A stretch of 64,000 bases of DNA from Candidatus Woesearchaeota archaeon. GTDB lineage: Archaea > Nanobdellota > Nanobdellia > Woesearchaeales > DSVV01. A model generated the notes under the pieces. The model searched no databases. It saw only the letters and a program-made list of their open reading frames with translations, and was not told the origin of the DNA. The stretch's first letter is position 1. The number at the start of each line of letters is the position of its first letter. This document shows, in pieces, positions 1 through 9,365 of the stretch. The stretch spans positions 66,911-130,910 of the forward strand of contig JABJHR010000010.1 of assembly GCA_018661705.1 (NCBI GenBank), written 5' to 3'. The position numbers and the translations under genes are program-made.

Positions 1-407
1 ATGATTTTCCTAAACATGCAGACAAAAAAGTAGCAAAAAAACTAGCAAATAATCATGATTTCTTTATTGCGCAAGCAAATATCATGGGTAAAGTAGCTGG
101 TGCATTTGGTAAAGTATTTGGTCCAAGAGGAAAGATGCCAAACCCAAAAGCAGGTTGTGTTGTCCCTCCTAAAGCCCAGCTAAAACCATTATATGAAAGA
201 CTTCAGAAAACAGTAAGAGTTTCTGCAAAAACAGCTCTTATGTTTCAATGTGCAATTGGGACTGAAGATATGAAAGATGAAGAAGTAATTGACAATATTC
301 TTACAGTTATAAAACAACTAGTTCATCATTTACCAAATCATGAAAATAATATTAAAGCAGTTTTCTTAAAGCTTACAATGGGTAAGCCTGTGAAGGTGTC
401 AAAGTGA
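1..407 (+). CDS. rpl1: 50S ribosomal protein L1 (uL1), C-terminal part; 5' end lies outside the window
   Basis: Frame 3 is open from nt 3 and reads ...ADKKVAKKLANNHDFFIAQANIMGKVAGAFGKVFGPRGKMPNPKAG..., a typical L1 C-terminal half. It is followed directly by P0 and P1 as in archaeal operons. Confidence 0.85.
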   Translation, partial: DFPKHADKKVAKKLANNHDFFIAQANIMGKVAGAFGKVFGPRGKMPNPKAGCVVPPKAQLKPLYERLQKTVRVSAKTALMFQCAIGTEDMKDEEVIDNILTVIKQLVHHLPNHENNIKAVFLKLTMGKPVKVSK

Positions 408-1363
408 CTGACATAAAACCAGAAGAAACAAAGGAAGCAGTAAAACCAGAAGAAGTAAAAGAAGTAGCTAAGCAACCAGAAACAAAATCAGAAGTAAAGA
501 AAGAAATCAAAAAAGCAACAAAAGTTGCAGAAAAAAAAGTTACAACTGTTTCTGAATTTAAAGAATTGCTTAAAGAATATCAAATTGTTGCTGCTCTTAA
601 CATGGAAAATCTTCCTACAAAACAATTACAAAAAATGAGGGCTTCTCTTCGTGATGGTTGTGTCATTAAAATGACCAAAAGAAGATTACTTAAAATTGCT
701 TTAGAAGCATCAAAGGCAGAAAAGAAAGGAATTGAAGAATTAATTCCATATCTGAAAGGCATGCCAGCATTATTATTTACAAATCAAAATCCTTTTACTC
801 TTTACAAGAAATTGGAAAAGAGCAAATCAACAGCTCCTGCAAAATCAGGACAAACAGCTCCTAAGGATGTTGTTGTCAAAGCAGGACCAACAAGTTTTGC
901 CCCAGGTCCAATTATTGGTGAATTAGCCCAAATTGGAGTTAAAGCAGGAATTGATGGTGGGAAAGTTGTAATTAAAGCAGACTCCCTTGTTGTTAAAGAA
1001 GGAGACGCGTTTTCAGAAATGGCTGCAGGAATCTTATCAAGATTAGGTGTAGAACCAATGGAAATTGGTTTAGCAATAACAGCAGTTTATGAAGACGGAA
1101 CAATCTACACAAAGGATATTTTAGCAATTGATGAAGATGAATTCATGCAGAAGATTTCAACTGCAGCAAGTGAATCATTCAACCTTGCAGTAGAGATGGC
1201 TTATCCATGTGAAGATACAATAGAATTATTGTTGCAAGCAGCATTTAATAATTCAAAGGCTGTAGCATTAGAGGCAAATATCCTAGCAGATGCAGTTGTT
1301 GAAGATCTGTTAATGAAAGCCGAAAGAGAAGCTTCAAGTTTAAAGGCCGAAGCTAAACAATAA
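404..1363 (+). CDS. rplP0: 50S ribosomal stalk protein P0 (uL10)
   Basis: 319 aa, overlaps the L1 stop by 4 nt. K/E-rich N-terminus and conserved P0 core; sits between L1 and P1. Confidence 0.85.
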   Translation: MTDIKPEETKEAVKPEEVKEVAKQPETKSEVKKEIKKATKVAEKKVTTVSEFKELLKEYQIVAALNMENLPTKQLQKMRASLRDGCVIKMTKRRLLKIALEASKAEKKGIEELIPYLKGMPALLFTNQNPFTLYKKLEKSKSTAPAKSGQTAPKDVVVKAGPTSFAPGPIIGELAQIGVKAGIDGGKVVIKADSLVVKEGDAFSEMAAGILSRLGVEPMEIGLAITAVYEDGTIYTKDILAIDEDEFMQKISTAASESFNLAVEMAYPCEDTIELLLQAAFNNSKAVALEANILADAVVEDLLMKAEREASSLKAEAKQ

Positions 1364-1398
1364 AATACAATAAATTAATCTTATAGGAGGAAACAAAA

Positions 1399-1698
1399 AT
1401 GGAATACATATATGCGGCAATGTTAATACATAAAGCAGGAAATAAAGTAGATGAACAATCAGTTAAAAAAGTTTTGGAGGCTGCTGGCGTAACACCAGAC
1501 GATGCAAGAATTAAAGCATTAGTAGCAGCTCTTGATGGCGTTAATATTGAAGAAGCAGTTAAAAAAGCAGCAGTAGCTCCAGCAGCAGCAGCTCCAGCAG
1601 CAGCAGCAGCTCCAGCAGCAGCAGCTAAAGAAGAAAAGAAAGAAGAAAAGAAAGATGATGGCGCAGCAGCAGCTGGCCTAGGAAGTCTTTTCGGATAA
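1399..1698 (+). CDS. rpl12: 50S ribosomal stalk protein P1 (L12e)
   Basis: 99 aa [14 protein letters not shown]..., Ala/Pro hinge, acidic C-terminus ...GLGSLFG. GGAGG ribosome-binding site 8 nt upstream. Confidence 0.9.
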   Translation: MEYIYAAMLIHKAGNKVDEQSVKKVLEAAGVTPDDARIKALVAALDGVNIEEAVKKAAVAPAAAAPAAAAAPAAAAKEEKKEEKKDDGAAAAGLGSLFG

Positions 1699-1805
1699 GA
1701 TAATAATTAAAAAAGTTTTAAGTAAGAAGTGGGAAGTAAGAAGTTTTACTTCAAACCTCCAACTTCAAACTTCTAACTTATTTTAATACAATGACGTGAG
1801 GAAAT

Positions 1806-2690
1806 ATGTTAACACCCGAAGAAAAAAAATCATTATTAGATGAATTAAACAAGAAAAAGGAATTAATCAAAGAGCTTCGTTCTAAACTTAATGAGATTAA
1901 TGAGCAGAAGGAACAGTGGTTCCAACAGCGAAATAATGCTTCTCAAGAGATTAAAAAGTTAATTGGTCAGTTAAAAGAAGCAAAAACTACACGTGATGGT
2001 TTTACTACAACAGTTAAAGGTAGTAAGGTTTCTAGAGATGATTTAAACAAAAAAATTAAAGTAAAAGTTGATGAATTAAAAAAATATGAAAAAGAAAAAT
2101 CAGATATTGTTAAAAAACACGATATTAAAGGGGACCCTAGTTATCTAAAAAAGCAAATTGAACAATTAGAGTATAAACATGAAACTTCTGTTATGAGTTT
2201 TGAGAATGAAAAAAAAATAATGAAAGAAATTAGAGACCTTAGATCAAATTACAAAAAATTAAGTGCTGTAAGCACAGTTTGGAAAAAGATTCATGCTTTA
2301 ACAAAAGACGTTGATGTATTGAAAAAAGAAGCAAACCTTTTCCATAGGAAAATGCAATCTCAAGCAAAACAAAGCCAGGAAAAACATGAATCTATGATAG
2401 AATCTTCTAAACTTGTTAAAGATTTAAAGAAAAAAGAAAATGAAGCACATATTAAATCACTTGAATTCAAGAAACAATTTACAGAGCTCAATGATAAATT
2501 AAAAGTAGATCTTGATGATCTTAACAAGTTATATGGGAAACTAGACATGAACAGAGAAGCAGTCAAGAAAGTTAAGAAAGAAAAACAACAAAAGACATTA
2601 AAACAAAAACAAAACGACGTTGACCATAAGCTAAAGACTGGTGGAAAGTTAACAACAGAAGATCTTTTAGCGTTTCAGAGTAGAAATTAA
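1806..2690 (+). CDS. K/E-rich coiled-coil protein, function unknown
   Basis: 294-aa ORF, strongly heptad-like and charged; no recognisable catalytic motif. Confidence 0.45.
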   Translation: MLTPEEKKSLLDELNKKKELIKELRSKLNEINEQKEQWFQQRNNASQEIKKLIGQLKEAKTTRDGFTTTVKGSKVSRDDLNKKIKVKVDELKKYEKEKSDIVKKHDIKGDPSYLKKQIEQLEYKHETSVMSFENEKKIMKEIRDLRSNYKKLSAVSTVWKKIHALTKDVDVLKKEANLFHRKMQSQAKQSQEKHESMIESSKLVKDLKKKENEAHIKSLEFKKQFTELNDKLKVDLDDLNKLYGKLDMNREAVKKVKKEKQQKTLKQKQNDVDHKLKTGGKLTTEDLLAFQSRN

Positions 2691-2749
2691 TTCTTAATTT
2701 AGTTTAATTTATTCTGTATTATTTTTTGTTATAGGATACAATAGTTTTT

Positions 2750-2845
2750 AGCGAGAAAAGAGCATCCGCAATTGTTGAAGAGTAATACACTACATCTCAC
2801 ACTACAACACTAGGTCCGAAGGACATGTTACTCACGAATTTTTTA
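2750..2845 (+). repeat. Repeat family A, intact copy (A1): ...TAGCGAGAAAAGAGCATCCGCAATTGTTGAAGAGTAATACACTACATCTCACACTACAACACTAGGTCCGAAGGACATGTTACTCACGAATTTTTT
   Basis: Near-identical copies at 11851-11946 and 37236-37342 (-). Terminal inverted ends TAGTGAG/CTCACTA, a GGTCC-NNN-GGAC hairpin, and a 3' oligo-T. Confidence 0.7.
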
Positions 2846-2891
2846 GAAAAATAGAATTTAAAAATAAGAATTATAATTAAAAATTAAAAAA

Positions 2892-3461
2892 TTACGAATG
2901 ATATGATTGCATCTCTCTATGGAAACTAGTATAGCTTTTTATTTTGATTCTACTTTCGTTTACTCTATTTCCACATTTTCTATCATCAAGGAATGTACTA
3001 ACATCACCTTTTACAAATGCTGCTTGTGGTTTGTCATAACCAAATTCTTTTGTAACAACAAAGTGTACATCACTGCCTCTGTCATGGAATACTCTCCAGT
3101 ATGCAAAAGATTTTTTTGCTTCTCCATCTACATTACTACCCATTCCACATCCAATACTTCCTCTATCTTTAATTTCTGCCATAGTTTCTAATAATGAAAT
3201 CATTGCTTCATGTTTTGTTATATCAACTTTTAAACTATCTCCCCAATAATCACTTAAAATTTCAGGAACATCAAACCAAACAGCATCATAAGCTGTTCCA
3301 TTACTACCGCCGTTTACAATACCTGTGCCGGTACTAGATACTGATCTTCCTTCATAGAATGCAAATGCTTGATCTCTAAATGTTTGTGCTTCTTCAAGAT
3401 ATTTTTCAAGTGTAAGTCCTTCTGTGTCTGTTGAATGTCTTGGCATATTATTTACCCCCAA
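2892..3461 (-). CDS. hypothetical protein
   Basis: 189-aa ORF with coding-like composition; no motif recognised. Confidence 0.4.
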   Translation of the reverse strand: MGVNNMPRHSTDTEGLTLEKYLEEAQTFRDQAFAFYEGRSVSSTGTGIVNGGSNGTAYDAVWFDVPEILSDYWGDSLKVDITKHEAMISLLETMAEIKDRGSIGCGMGSNVDGEAKKSFAYWRVFHDRGSDVHFVVTKEFGYDKPQAAFVKGDVSTFLDDRKCGNRVNESRIKIKSYTSFHREMQSYHS

Positions 3462-3565
3462 TTGTACTAATTTATGCTTGTTAACACATAGGTTATATTT
3501 AAATGTTTTGTTTCTGTAACTACTCGTGAGTAGTTCTTATGTCTTTTGTATTTTGAATTGGGATT

Positions 3566-3616
3566 GAGAAGCTCTAGAACACTAGGTCCATAGGACATGT
3601 CACTCACGAATTTTTA
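3566..3616 (+). repeat. Repeat family A, 3'-half fragment (ACACTAGGTCCATAGGACATGTCACTCACGAATTTTT)
   Basis: Matches the 3' half of A1/A2; the hairpin stem is retained with a different loop (ATA). Confidence 0.55.
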
Positions 3617-3729
3617 AAATAAATAATATTCTTCTAGCGAGAACTAATTGTATTTAATTATAAGAAAAAATAAAAATTAATTTTTTTCCATGTTTTAAAA
3701 TTGAAAATTTTAAAGCCAGAAAAACAGTT

Positions 3730-3909
3730 TTACTGTTTTTCCATGTATCCGCATTTGCCGCATGTGTCTCTGTTCTTATGTTTTGCCATGAACACAGCTG
3801 GGCCACATTTTGGACATGATTTATTTAATTTTTCTACTTTGTCTCCGGATACTTTATAATTTTTTGAAACATTAGATGTTCTTTTTGGTTTTTTCGGTTT
3901 CTTTGCCAT
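3730..3909 (-). CDS. rps27ae: 30S ribosomal protein S27ae (eS31); small gene not in the ORF track
   Basis: 59-aa reverse ORF MAKKPKKPKRTSNVSKNYKVSGDKVEKLNKSCPKCGPAVFMAKHKNRDTCGKCGYMEKQ. C4 zinc ribbon CPKCG...CGKCGY, immediately downstream of S24e as in the archaeal rps24e-rps27ae operon. Confidence 0.75.
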   Translation of the reverse strand: MAKKPKKPKRTSNVSKNYKVSGDKVEKLNKSCPKCGPAVFMAKHKNRDTCGKCGYMEKQ

Positions 3910-3918
3910 TTTATTTAC

Positions 3919-4437
3919 CTATTCTTTTTTTTCTTCAGCATTTTCAGCTGGCTTTGCTTCTTCTTTAGCAGGAGCTTCTTCTTTTTTCTCTTCTACTTTT
4001 TCTTCAGCCTTAGGTTCTTCTTTTTTTTCTTCTTCAGCTGGTTTTGCTTCTTTTTTAGCAGGAGCTTCTTCTTTTTTCTCTTCTACTTTTTCTTCAGCCT
4101 TAGGTTCTTCCTTTTTTTCTTCTTCAGCTGGTTTTTCAGCTTTTGGTTCTTCTTTCTTTTCTTCTTTATTATGTTTGTCTATTAGAACTTTGCCTTCTAA
4201 TCTTTCCATATATTTAGCGTCTTTGTAAACATGAGCAATAACTTTAGCAGTTTTTTGTCCATATCTTTGATAAATATGTCTGATAATAATAAGACTCTCA
4301 TCTGTTTTTAGTTTCTTTGCAATATCTTTTCTTAATTGAACTCTTGAAGGAGTTTTATTTTCAAAATCAACCATTGCACTAATTCTAGTTCTTTCTAACA
4401 GTGGTGTTTCCCTTTGTTTTGTGATCTCTAATTCCAT
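3919..4437 (-). CDS. rps24e: 30S ribosomal protein S24e with a C-terminal K/E/P/A-rich repeat extension
   Basis: N-terminal 100 aa MELEITKQRETPLLERTRISAMVDFENKTPSRVQLRKDIAKKL...IIIRHIYQRYGQKTAKVIAHVYKD is S24e-like. The C-terminal ~70 aa are (EEKKEEPKAEEKVEEKKEEAPAK)n, encoded by a ~93-nt tandem duplication at 3957-4142. Confidence 0.8.
   Translation of the reverse strand: MELEITKQRETPLLERTRISAMVDFENKTPSRVQLRKDIAKKLKTDESLIIIRHIYQRYGQKTAKVIAHVYKDAKYMERLEGKVLIDKHNKEEKKEEPKAEKPAEEEKKEEPKAEEKVEEKKEEAPAKKEAKPAEEEKKEEPKAEEKVEEKKEEAPAKEEAKPAENAEEKKE
3957..4142. repeat. ~93-nt tandem duplication inside the S24e 3' coding region
   Basis: Two nearly identical units, gcttcttc(t)tttagcaggagcttcttcttttttctcttctactttttcttcagccttaggttcttc..., seen directly. 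Confidence 0.8.
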
Positions 4438-4453
4438 CTTAATTCCCTCGACA

Positions 4454-4639
4454 TTATTTTACTTTTATTGCATATTCGCCTTTTTGTGCAATTCCAACTT
4501 GTTTTGCAATAAATGATTTTTCTGGATCGGCAATAAATAATCTTCCTTGCCAATTTGTTGAAAATGATGATGTTTTACATTCTGGACATTCACTTTCGTT
4601 TACGAATAATTTGCATCTTTTACATACTTTTCTTGCCAT
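4454..4639 (-). CDS. spt4: Transcription elongation factor Spt4 (RNAP subunit E'')
   Basis: 61 aa, zinc ribbon CKRCKLFVNESECPECK, C-terminal ...KGEYAIKVK; upstream of rpoE' as in the conserved operon. Confidence 0.75.
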   Translation of the reverse strand: MARKVCKRCKLFVNESECPECKTSSFSTNWQGRLFIADPEKSFIAKQVGIAQKGEYAIKVK

Positions 4640-4777
4640 TTTTATTACCTTCTATCTTGAGTTTTTATGCACAAAAATTTCATTTAAATTTTTGGCATCC
4701 TAAAAATCCGTTTGTCAAAATGGGTGTTACGACATACCCCTACCTTTAGGTTTGGGTGTGATACTCATGACGGATTT

Positions 4778-5380
4778 TTATGATTTTGCTTTAGCGCCTT
4801 TTGCTTTTGTTCCTTTTGTTGTTTTTTTAGCATCAGCAGCTGCTTTTTTTGCTTCTTCATCAATCCAGTCTAGTTTTCCAAGGCCATGTTGCCTCATTGT
4901 TAATCCTAGTTTTGGATTTGTTTGATCTTTATAACTAATAGCAATGATTCTTGCTCTGCATAAATCATTTACTTTTAAGCTTCTTTTACTTTCTTTTCCA
5001 GCTAAAGTTTTTTCTTTAGAAAAACTTACAAAATCATCCATTGTTTGGGAAATGTGAATCATTCCATCTAATGGGCCAACTGAAATAAATGCACCAAAAT
5101 CAGCAATGTCTTTGATTTTTCCAAGAACAACTTCTTGTAAATCTGGCTTGAAAACAAGTAAGTGGAACATTGTTTTATAATAAATAGCCCCATCACCAGC
5201 AATAATTATGCCTTGTGAAACTTCTTCAATATCAGAAACATCAATTACAACACCTAATTCCCTAGATATGTAACCATCATATTTCTCTCTGATTTGTTTT
5301 TGAATTGCTATTGTGGTATCTTCTCCGAATAATTTTGGGTCTACCCTTATATGATCCTCAATCTTTAGTTTGTAATACAT
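4778..5380 (-). CDS. rpoE: DNA-directed RNA polymerase subunit E' (Rpo7), S1 domain
   Basis: 200 aa with Rpb7-like N-terminus and S1-like fold, K/A-rich tail; operon context with spt4 and the PIN protein. Confidence 0.8.
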   Translation of the reverse strand: MYYKLKIEDHIRVDPKLFGEDTTIAIQKQIREKYDGYISRELGVVIDVSDIEEVSQGIIIAGDGAIYYKTMFHLLVFKPDLQEVVLGKIKDIADFGAFISVGPLDGMIHISQTMDDFVSFSKEKTLAGKESKRSLKVNDLCRARIIAISYKDQTNPKLGLTMRQHGLGKLDWIDEEAKKAAADAKKTTKGTKAKGAKAKS

Positions 5381-5451
5381 GAATTTTGCCTCCTTGCGTT
5401 GCTTTGTTAATGTAAGCTGTTTTATGTATTGTTTTTAATCTTAAGTACAAA

Positions 5452-5883
5452 TCAATAATTAACCAATTCTAAGTGGCTTTTCTGCCTTAAAACTATCACT
5501 CTTTTTAAATGTTTTTTTAATTCTTTGTCTGTTGTAGCTATAATATAGTCATTTTTGACTTCTTTTATTATATCATCAACATATTTATCTTTATATATAC
5601 TTATTAACTTCTTATTAGTTTTAATAGGGATTATATTAAGTTTTCCATCTTGAACCATATTTTCAACAAGTTTCAATGCGATGTTTACGGCCCGTTTAGT
5701 GGTTGTTTTCTGTTTCCTGGCCTTCTCTGGCAGTTTTTTGAGCTCATCAAGGCTTTTATCCAAAATATACAACTTATACTTGAAATGGCATATACGTTCA
5801 ATCTCTGTAAATATATCTACTCCAAAGTTTCCTGGAATCATAAGAAAGTTCGTATCTAACAGTATCTTTTCTTCATTGGGCAT
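5452..5883 (-). CDS. PIN-domain protein (Fcf1/Utp24-like), conserved partner of the rpoE operon
   Basis: 143 aa, N-terminal LLDTNFLMIP (PIN acidic motif), ...IIATTDKELK; position upstream of rpoE'/spt4 is conserved in archaea. Confidence 0.65.
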   Translation of the reverse strand: MPNEEKILLDTNFLMIPGNFGVDIFTEIERICHFKYKLYILDKSLDELKKLPEKARKQKTTTKRAVNIALKLVENMVQDGKLNIIPIKTNKKLISIYKDKYVDDIIKEVKNDYIIATTDKELKKHLKRVIVLRQKSHLELVNY

Positions 5884-5963
5884 TTATAAAGAAATGTAGT
5901 GGTTGATTTATAAACTTTACTATCTTTTTTATAGTAACTGTTTGAATTCTATTCAAAAGTTTT

Positions 5964-7232
5964 TCACTTATTTTTATTCTTTTTTTTCTCTAATTCTTTT
6001 TCTTTCTCAAACAATCTTTCTTTTTCATTTTCTAATGTTTTTTCTGGCGTTAAAAACCAATGATCAAATTTGCTGACAAAGGTTGCAACAATTAATGAGA
6101 ATAGCATAAATATAACTACTAGATTTAATATTGTTTGAAGTCCAGGTATTTCTGTAACTTTTGTTGCTAATGTAAACGCTACTACTGCTACAGCAATTCC
6201 TTTTGGAATGTTAAATGTCATGAATAGTTTTTCTTTTATTGTTAGTTTTTGTTTATTCATAGCCCACATTACTGCGGCGTATCTAATGCACAAATAAAAT
6301 ATAAACAGTATAAACGCTTTAATCCAAAAGATATAACTACTAAAAGGAACACTTATTCCAATTCCTACAAGAATAAAAACAAGTATCATTAATGAATTTT
6401 CAAATACAGAAGAGAAGCTATACAATTGTTCTTTCTGTTTAACATAAAAGTTTCCAAACATTAATCCCATTACTGTTACTGCTAAAACTCCGTTACCCCC
6501 TAAATTTTCTGCAAGAATATATGTTAAAAGTGCAGCAGTAATTAAAGCCAGAGGGCTTATTGTTTCTGAGTATGCTTTTTTCATTGCTTTTGCTACAATC
6601 AATCCAATTAAAACTCCTGCTCCAATTCCGACGACAAATTGGGTGATAAATGGTTTTAGGTTATCTAAAAGTTTTGAAAAAATAACTTCTTGTGCAGTTA
6701 ATGATTGCATTAAATCTAAAATAATAAATGGTAATAAAACAGTTAATGGCGTATTAACAATTGATTCAATTCTTAATAATTCTACTATTTTGTGGTTGCC
6801 TTGTTTTAGCATTGACAAAATAACATCGGGACTTGTTCCAACCATTATGCTGGAGAAAATTAATACTAAAAACACATCTTTGATTCCAAAAAGTAATGAT
6901 GTTGCAATTGCAAGTAAGAACATATTAAGTAATAAAAAGAAAAAAGCTAATTTTAATGCTCTTAATGTGTATTCATCAATCGTTTTCCATTTAAACCTAG
7001 AGGCAGCATCAAAAATAATCATAACTAAAGCAAGAACAGCTAACCCAGTTAAGAAAGTATGAGAAAACTGAAATAATTTTTCTCCATAATAAGTCATCTT
7101 AGACAAGATAATCCCTGAAATTAACAATAATAATAAATTAGAGGTTTTTAATTTTTTAGAAATAATTGCAATAAACACACCTATCAATAAAATTATAGCT
7201 ATGTTTGTTAAGTAAAGTAAATATTCTTCCAT
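5964..7232 (-). CDS. polytopic membrane protein, putative monovalent cation/H+ antiporter (CPA-like)
   Basis: 422 aa, about 11-12 hydrophobic segments, charged K/E tail; resembles NhaP-type exchangers by topology only. Confidence 0.4.
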   Translation of the reverse strand: MEEYLLYLTNIAIILLIGVFIAIISKKLKTSNLLLLLISGIILSKMTYYGEKLFQFSHTFLTGLAVLALVMIIFDAASRFKWKTIDEYTLRALKLAFFFLLLNMFLLAIATSLLFGIKDVFLVLIFSSIMVGTSPDVILSMLKQGNHKIVELLRIESIVNTPLTVLLPFIILDLMQSLTAQEVIFSKLLDNLKPFITQFVVGIGAGVLIGLIVAKAMKKAYSETISPLALITAALLTYILAENLGGNGVLAVTVMGLMFGNFYVKQKEQLYSFSSVFENSLMILVFILVGIGISVPFSSYIFWIKAFILFIFYLCIRYAAVMWAMNKQKLTIKEKLFMTFNIPKGIAVAVVAFTLATKVTEIPGLQTILNLVVIFMLFSLIVATFVSKFDHWFLTPEKTLENEKERLFEKEKELEKKKNKNK

Positions 7233-7488
7233 TGTTTCCCTCTTTTTTTTAAAATATTCTTACTATTGTATATGTACTTATTTATTAGATTATTTATAAA
7301 TATTTTGTATATTGTGTGTAACCTTTCTTTACTCTGCAGTAGTCCTAAACCAAAAAATATATAAATGATCTCTTTCCCCATATCTGTATTAGAGTACCAA
7401 AAGGGAGTGATTTCTTTGAGTCTTGAGGTGATCCAAAGTTAACAATTTGTCTTTTTTAAACAATTAGACATCTAACTAAGGTGAAAAT

Positions 7489-7605
7489 ATGGCAGGGAAA
7501 GTAACAGGTAAAGGCAAGAAAGGCCTAAAAGAAATTATGAACAGAACACGGTTTGACAAGTATGAATTAGAAGAATACATGCTTACAGACAAAGGTTTTC
7601 AATAA
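7489..7605 (+). CDS. small basic protein (38 aa) MAGKVTGKGKKGLKEIMNRTRFDKYELEEYMLTDKGFQ
   Basis: AGGTGA ribosome-binding site 6 nt upstream; below the ORF-track length cut-off; could be a small ribosomal-type or DNA-binding protein. Confidence 0.3.
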   Translation: MAGKVTGKGKKGLKEIMNRTRFDKYELEEYMLTDKGFQ

Positions 7606-7661
7606 AATTTTATTTTTTTCATAAAAAGCTTTTTATAGTGGATGTAATATAATTCTAGTTT

Positions 7662-8249
7662 ATGAAATACATTATTGAACATTTAGATGGACGTTTATAC
7701 AAATGGTGTTTTTTAGAATATAAACATATTTCTAAAATAGTCGGAAAAAGCAGCATTCTATTTACAAACGTGAATGGAGTGAAAGCACGTGAAAAACTAG
7801 GTCCGTCAGGACATGTTTATCATGAAAGTTTTACAGATTCTGAAAATATAACAAGAAAGAAAATATGCGTTTTAGATCCAAATGCTAAACAAATATTAAC
7901 AACTTCTGATAAAAATAAATTTGATTATCTTGTTTTTGGTGGGATTATGGGTGATTACCCTCCGAAAAAAAGAACAAAAGGCTTTTGTACTAAAATGCGA
8001 GAGAAAGGAATTAAATTTGAAACAAGAAATATGGGTAAAGAACAAATGTCAACAGATACTGCAGTTCTTGTTGCAAAAATGATAATGGATGGCAAAAAGT
8101 TTAATGAAATCAAATTCAAAGATACAATTATTATTGATATTAATGATTGTGAAGAAGTTGAGTTACCATTTAGATATGTTCTTAAAAATGAAAAACCAAT
8201 TCTTGCACCAGGTTTAGTTAAACATTTGAAAGAAAGAGGATATTTTTAA
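7662..8249 (+). CDS. conserved hypothetical protein (possible SPOUT/Tsr3-like RNA-modification fold)
   Basis: 195 aa; motifs VLDPNAKQIL and DYLVFGGIMGDYPP are weakly reminiscent of Tsr3/DUF367. Not secure. Confidence 0.35.
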   Translation: MKYIIEHLDGRLYKWCFLEYKHISKIVGKSSILFTNVNGVKAREKLGPSGHVYHESFTDSENITRKKICVLDPNAKQILTTSDKNKFDYLVFGGIMGDYPPKKRTKGFCTKMREKGIKFETRNMGKEQMSTDTAVLVAKMIMDGKKFNEIKFKDTIIIDINDCEEVELPFRYVLKNEKPILAPGLVKHLKERGYF

Positions 8250-8313
8250 AAACCAATTGTCGTAGTGTTTAATACACTGCATACTTTTATACTCTCATCT
8301 TCTATCATTTATT

Positions 8314-9258
8314 ATGGTATTAAATGATTATGGGTTCCTAACAGCATTTGATATAAATCCAGATAATGCAAGAGATAGAGTTAGGTTTCTTTTTAATGAA
8401 TTAGGAGTTGTTCATTTTCAGTTTTACGATGCAATGGAAAGATATGAAATTCCAATTGTTCCTGATAAAAAAGAATGGCATGATCCTATCGGCAGAACAA
8501 TAAAAAGAGAAACCCTTGATGCTTATGTAGACGAGATCAGAAAAGTTGGAGGTGCCAGTTGGTTTTATACGGGTATCTACAGCGTATCCCCTGGTTTTGT
8601 AATGCCTGGTCTAGAAAAAGCTTTATTTTCTTTTTTAGAAGATAAACAAGAGTTTGCCCAAGAATGGTTTTGTCTTGATGATAACCCTGATTGGGCATTT
8701 GTTTCAATAGTAGACCCTTCAACTGAAGAGTGGAAACAGCATTATACAGAGCAATTAAAGATTGTTGTTGAAAATCTTGGTTTTACAGGAATACATTTTG
8801 ATCAGTATGGTAGTCTTGATGTAAGATGGAAATTTAGGTATAAACCAGATGTATGGTCATTTGATAATATACATGACCCTGATTGTTTTGAAGAGGTTAA
8901 TAAAATAGAATTAATAATTGATTTTTTGAAATATTTTAAACAGGAGATGCCTAATGTGGGTGTTACATTTAATGCAGCAGATGGTTATGGTCTTGTTGAA
9001 ACGCAAAATCTTACTGATTTTCCCTATATAGAACTTTGGAATGATCATTCAATAGAACATTATTGTTCAAAGCTTAAAAATACTGGTAAGTTTGTAGTTG
9101 CAGCTTATAATTCTTCTGATGGAAAAACTTTTGACAGAAGTTTGTTTGAAAAGAGAAATGCTATTATTAATAATGCAGGTGGTGATTTATTGTTTAGAGG
9201 AGATGATAATAGGTATTTAGTTAATTGTTATTTTCCAAGTGCAATAAAACTAAATTAA
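8314..9258 (+). CDS. TIM-barrel glycoside-hydrolase-like protein (GH66/GH114-like)
   Basis: 314 aa; ...FTGIHFDQYG..., aromatic-rich, alternating beta/alpha pattern. Confidence 0.35.
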   Translation: MVLNDYGFLTAFDINPDNARDRVRFLFNELGVVHFQFYDAMERYEIPIVPDKKEWHDPIGRTIKRETLDAYVDEIRKVGGASWFYTGIYSVSPGFVMPGLEKALFSFLEDKQEFAQEWFCLDDNPDWAFVSIVDPSTEEWKQHYTEQLKIVVENLGFTGIHFDQYGSLDVRWKFRYKPDVWSFDNIHDPDCFEEVNKIELIIDFLKYFKQEMPNVGVTFNAADGYGLVETQNLTDFPYIELWNDHSIEHYCSKLKNTGKFVVAAYNSSDGKTFDRSLFEKRNAIINNAGGDLLFRGDDNRYLVNCYFPSAIKLN

Positions 9259-9365
9259 CATCCCTCTGCAGTTTAGATTTTCAGAAAAAGATTATATTTG
9301 GATAATCTTTTAATTCATTTTTGAAATCATAACCCATATAAACTACCTAATTAATAATTAAGACT

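Noticed and set aside
580-762. Many short antisense or embedded ORFs from the six-frame track (e.g. 580..762-, 2360..2566-, 2907..3191+, 4555..4749+, 5650..5899+, 6643..7062+, 8537..8722-, 10156..10368-, 10570..10827-, 12391..12585+, 13483..13889-, 17099..17284+, 18733..21015+ set, 21520..21708-, 23315..23885-, 25820..26029-, 33528..33770+, 34748..34936-, 37045..38706+ set, 40164..40722-, 41390..41632-, 46387..46704+, 49470..49697-, 50183..50431-, 52511..52756+, 54002..54205-, 54685..55311 set, 57551..57778-, 58594..58866+, 59407..59658+, 61293..62136- set, 62469..63172- set)
   Set aside because: Each lies inside or antisense to a longer ORF with clear homology or coding signal. They have low-complexity or odd composition typical of shadow ORFs in AT-rich DNA.
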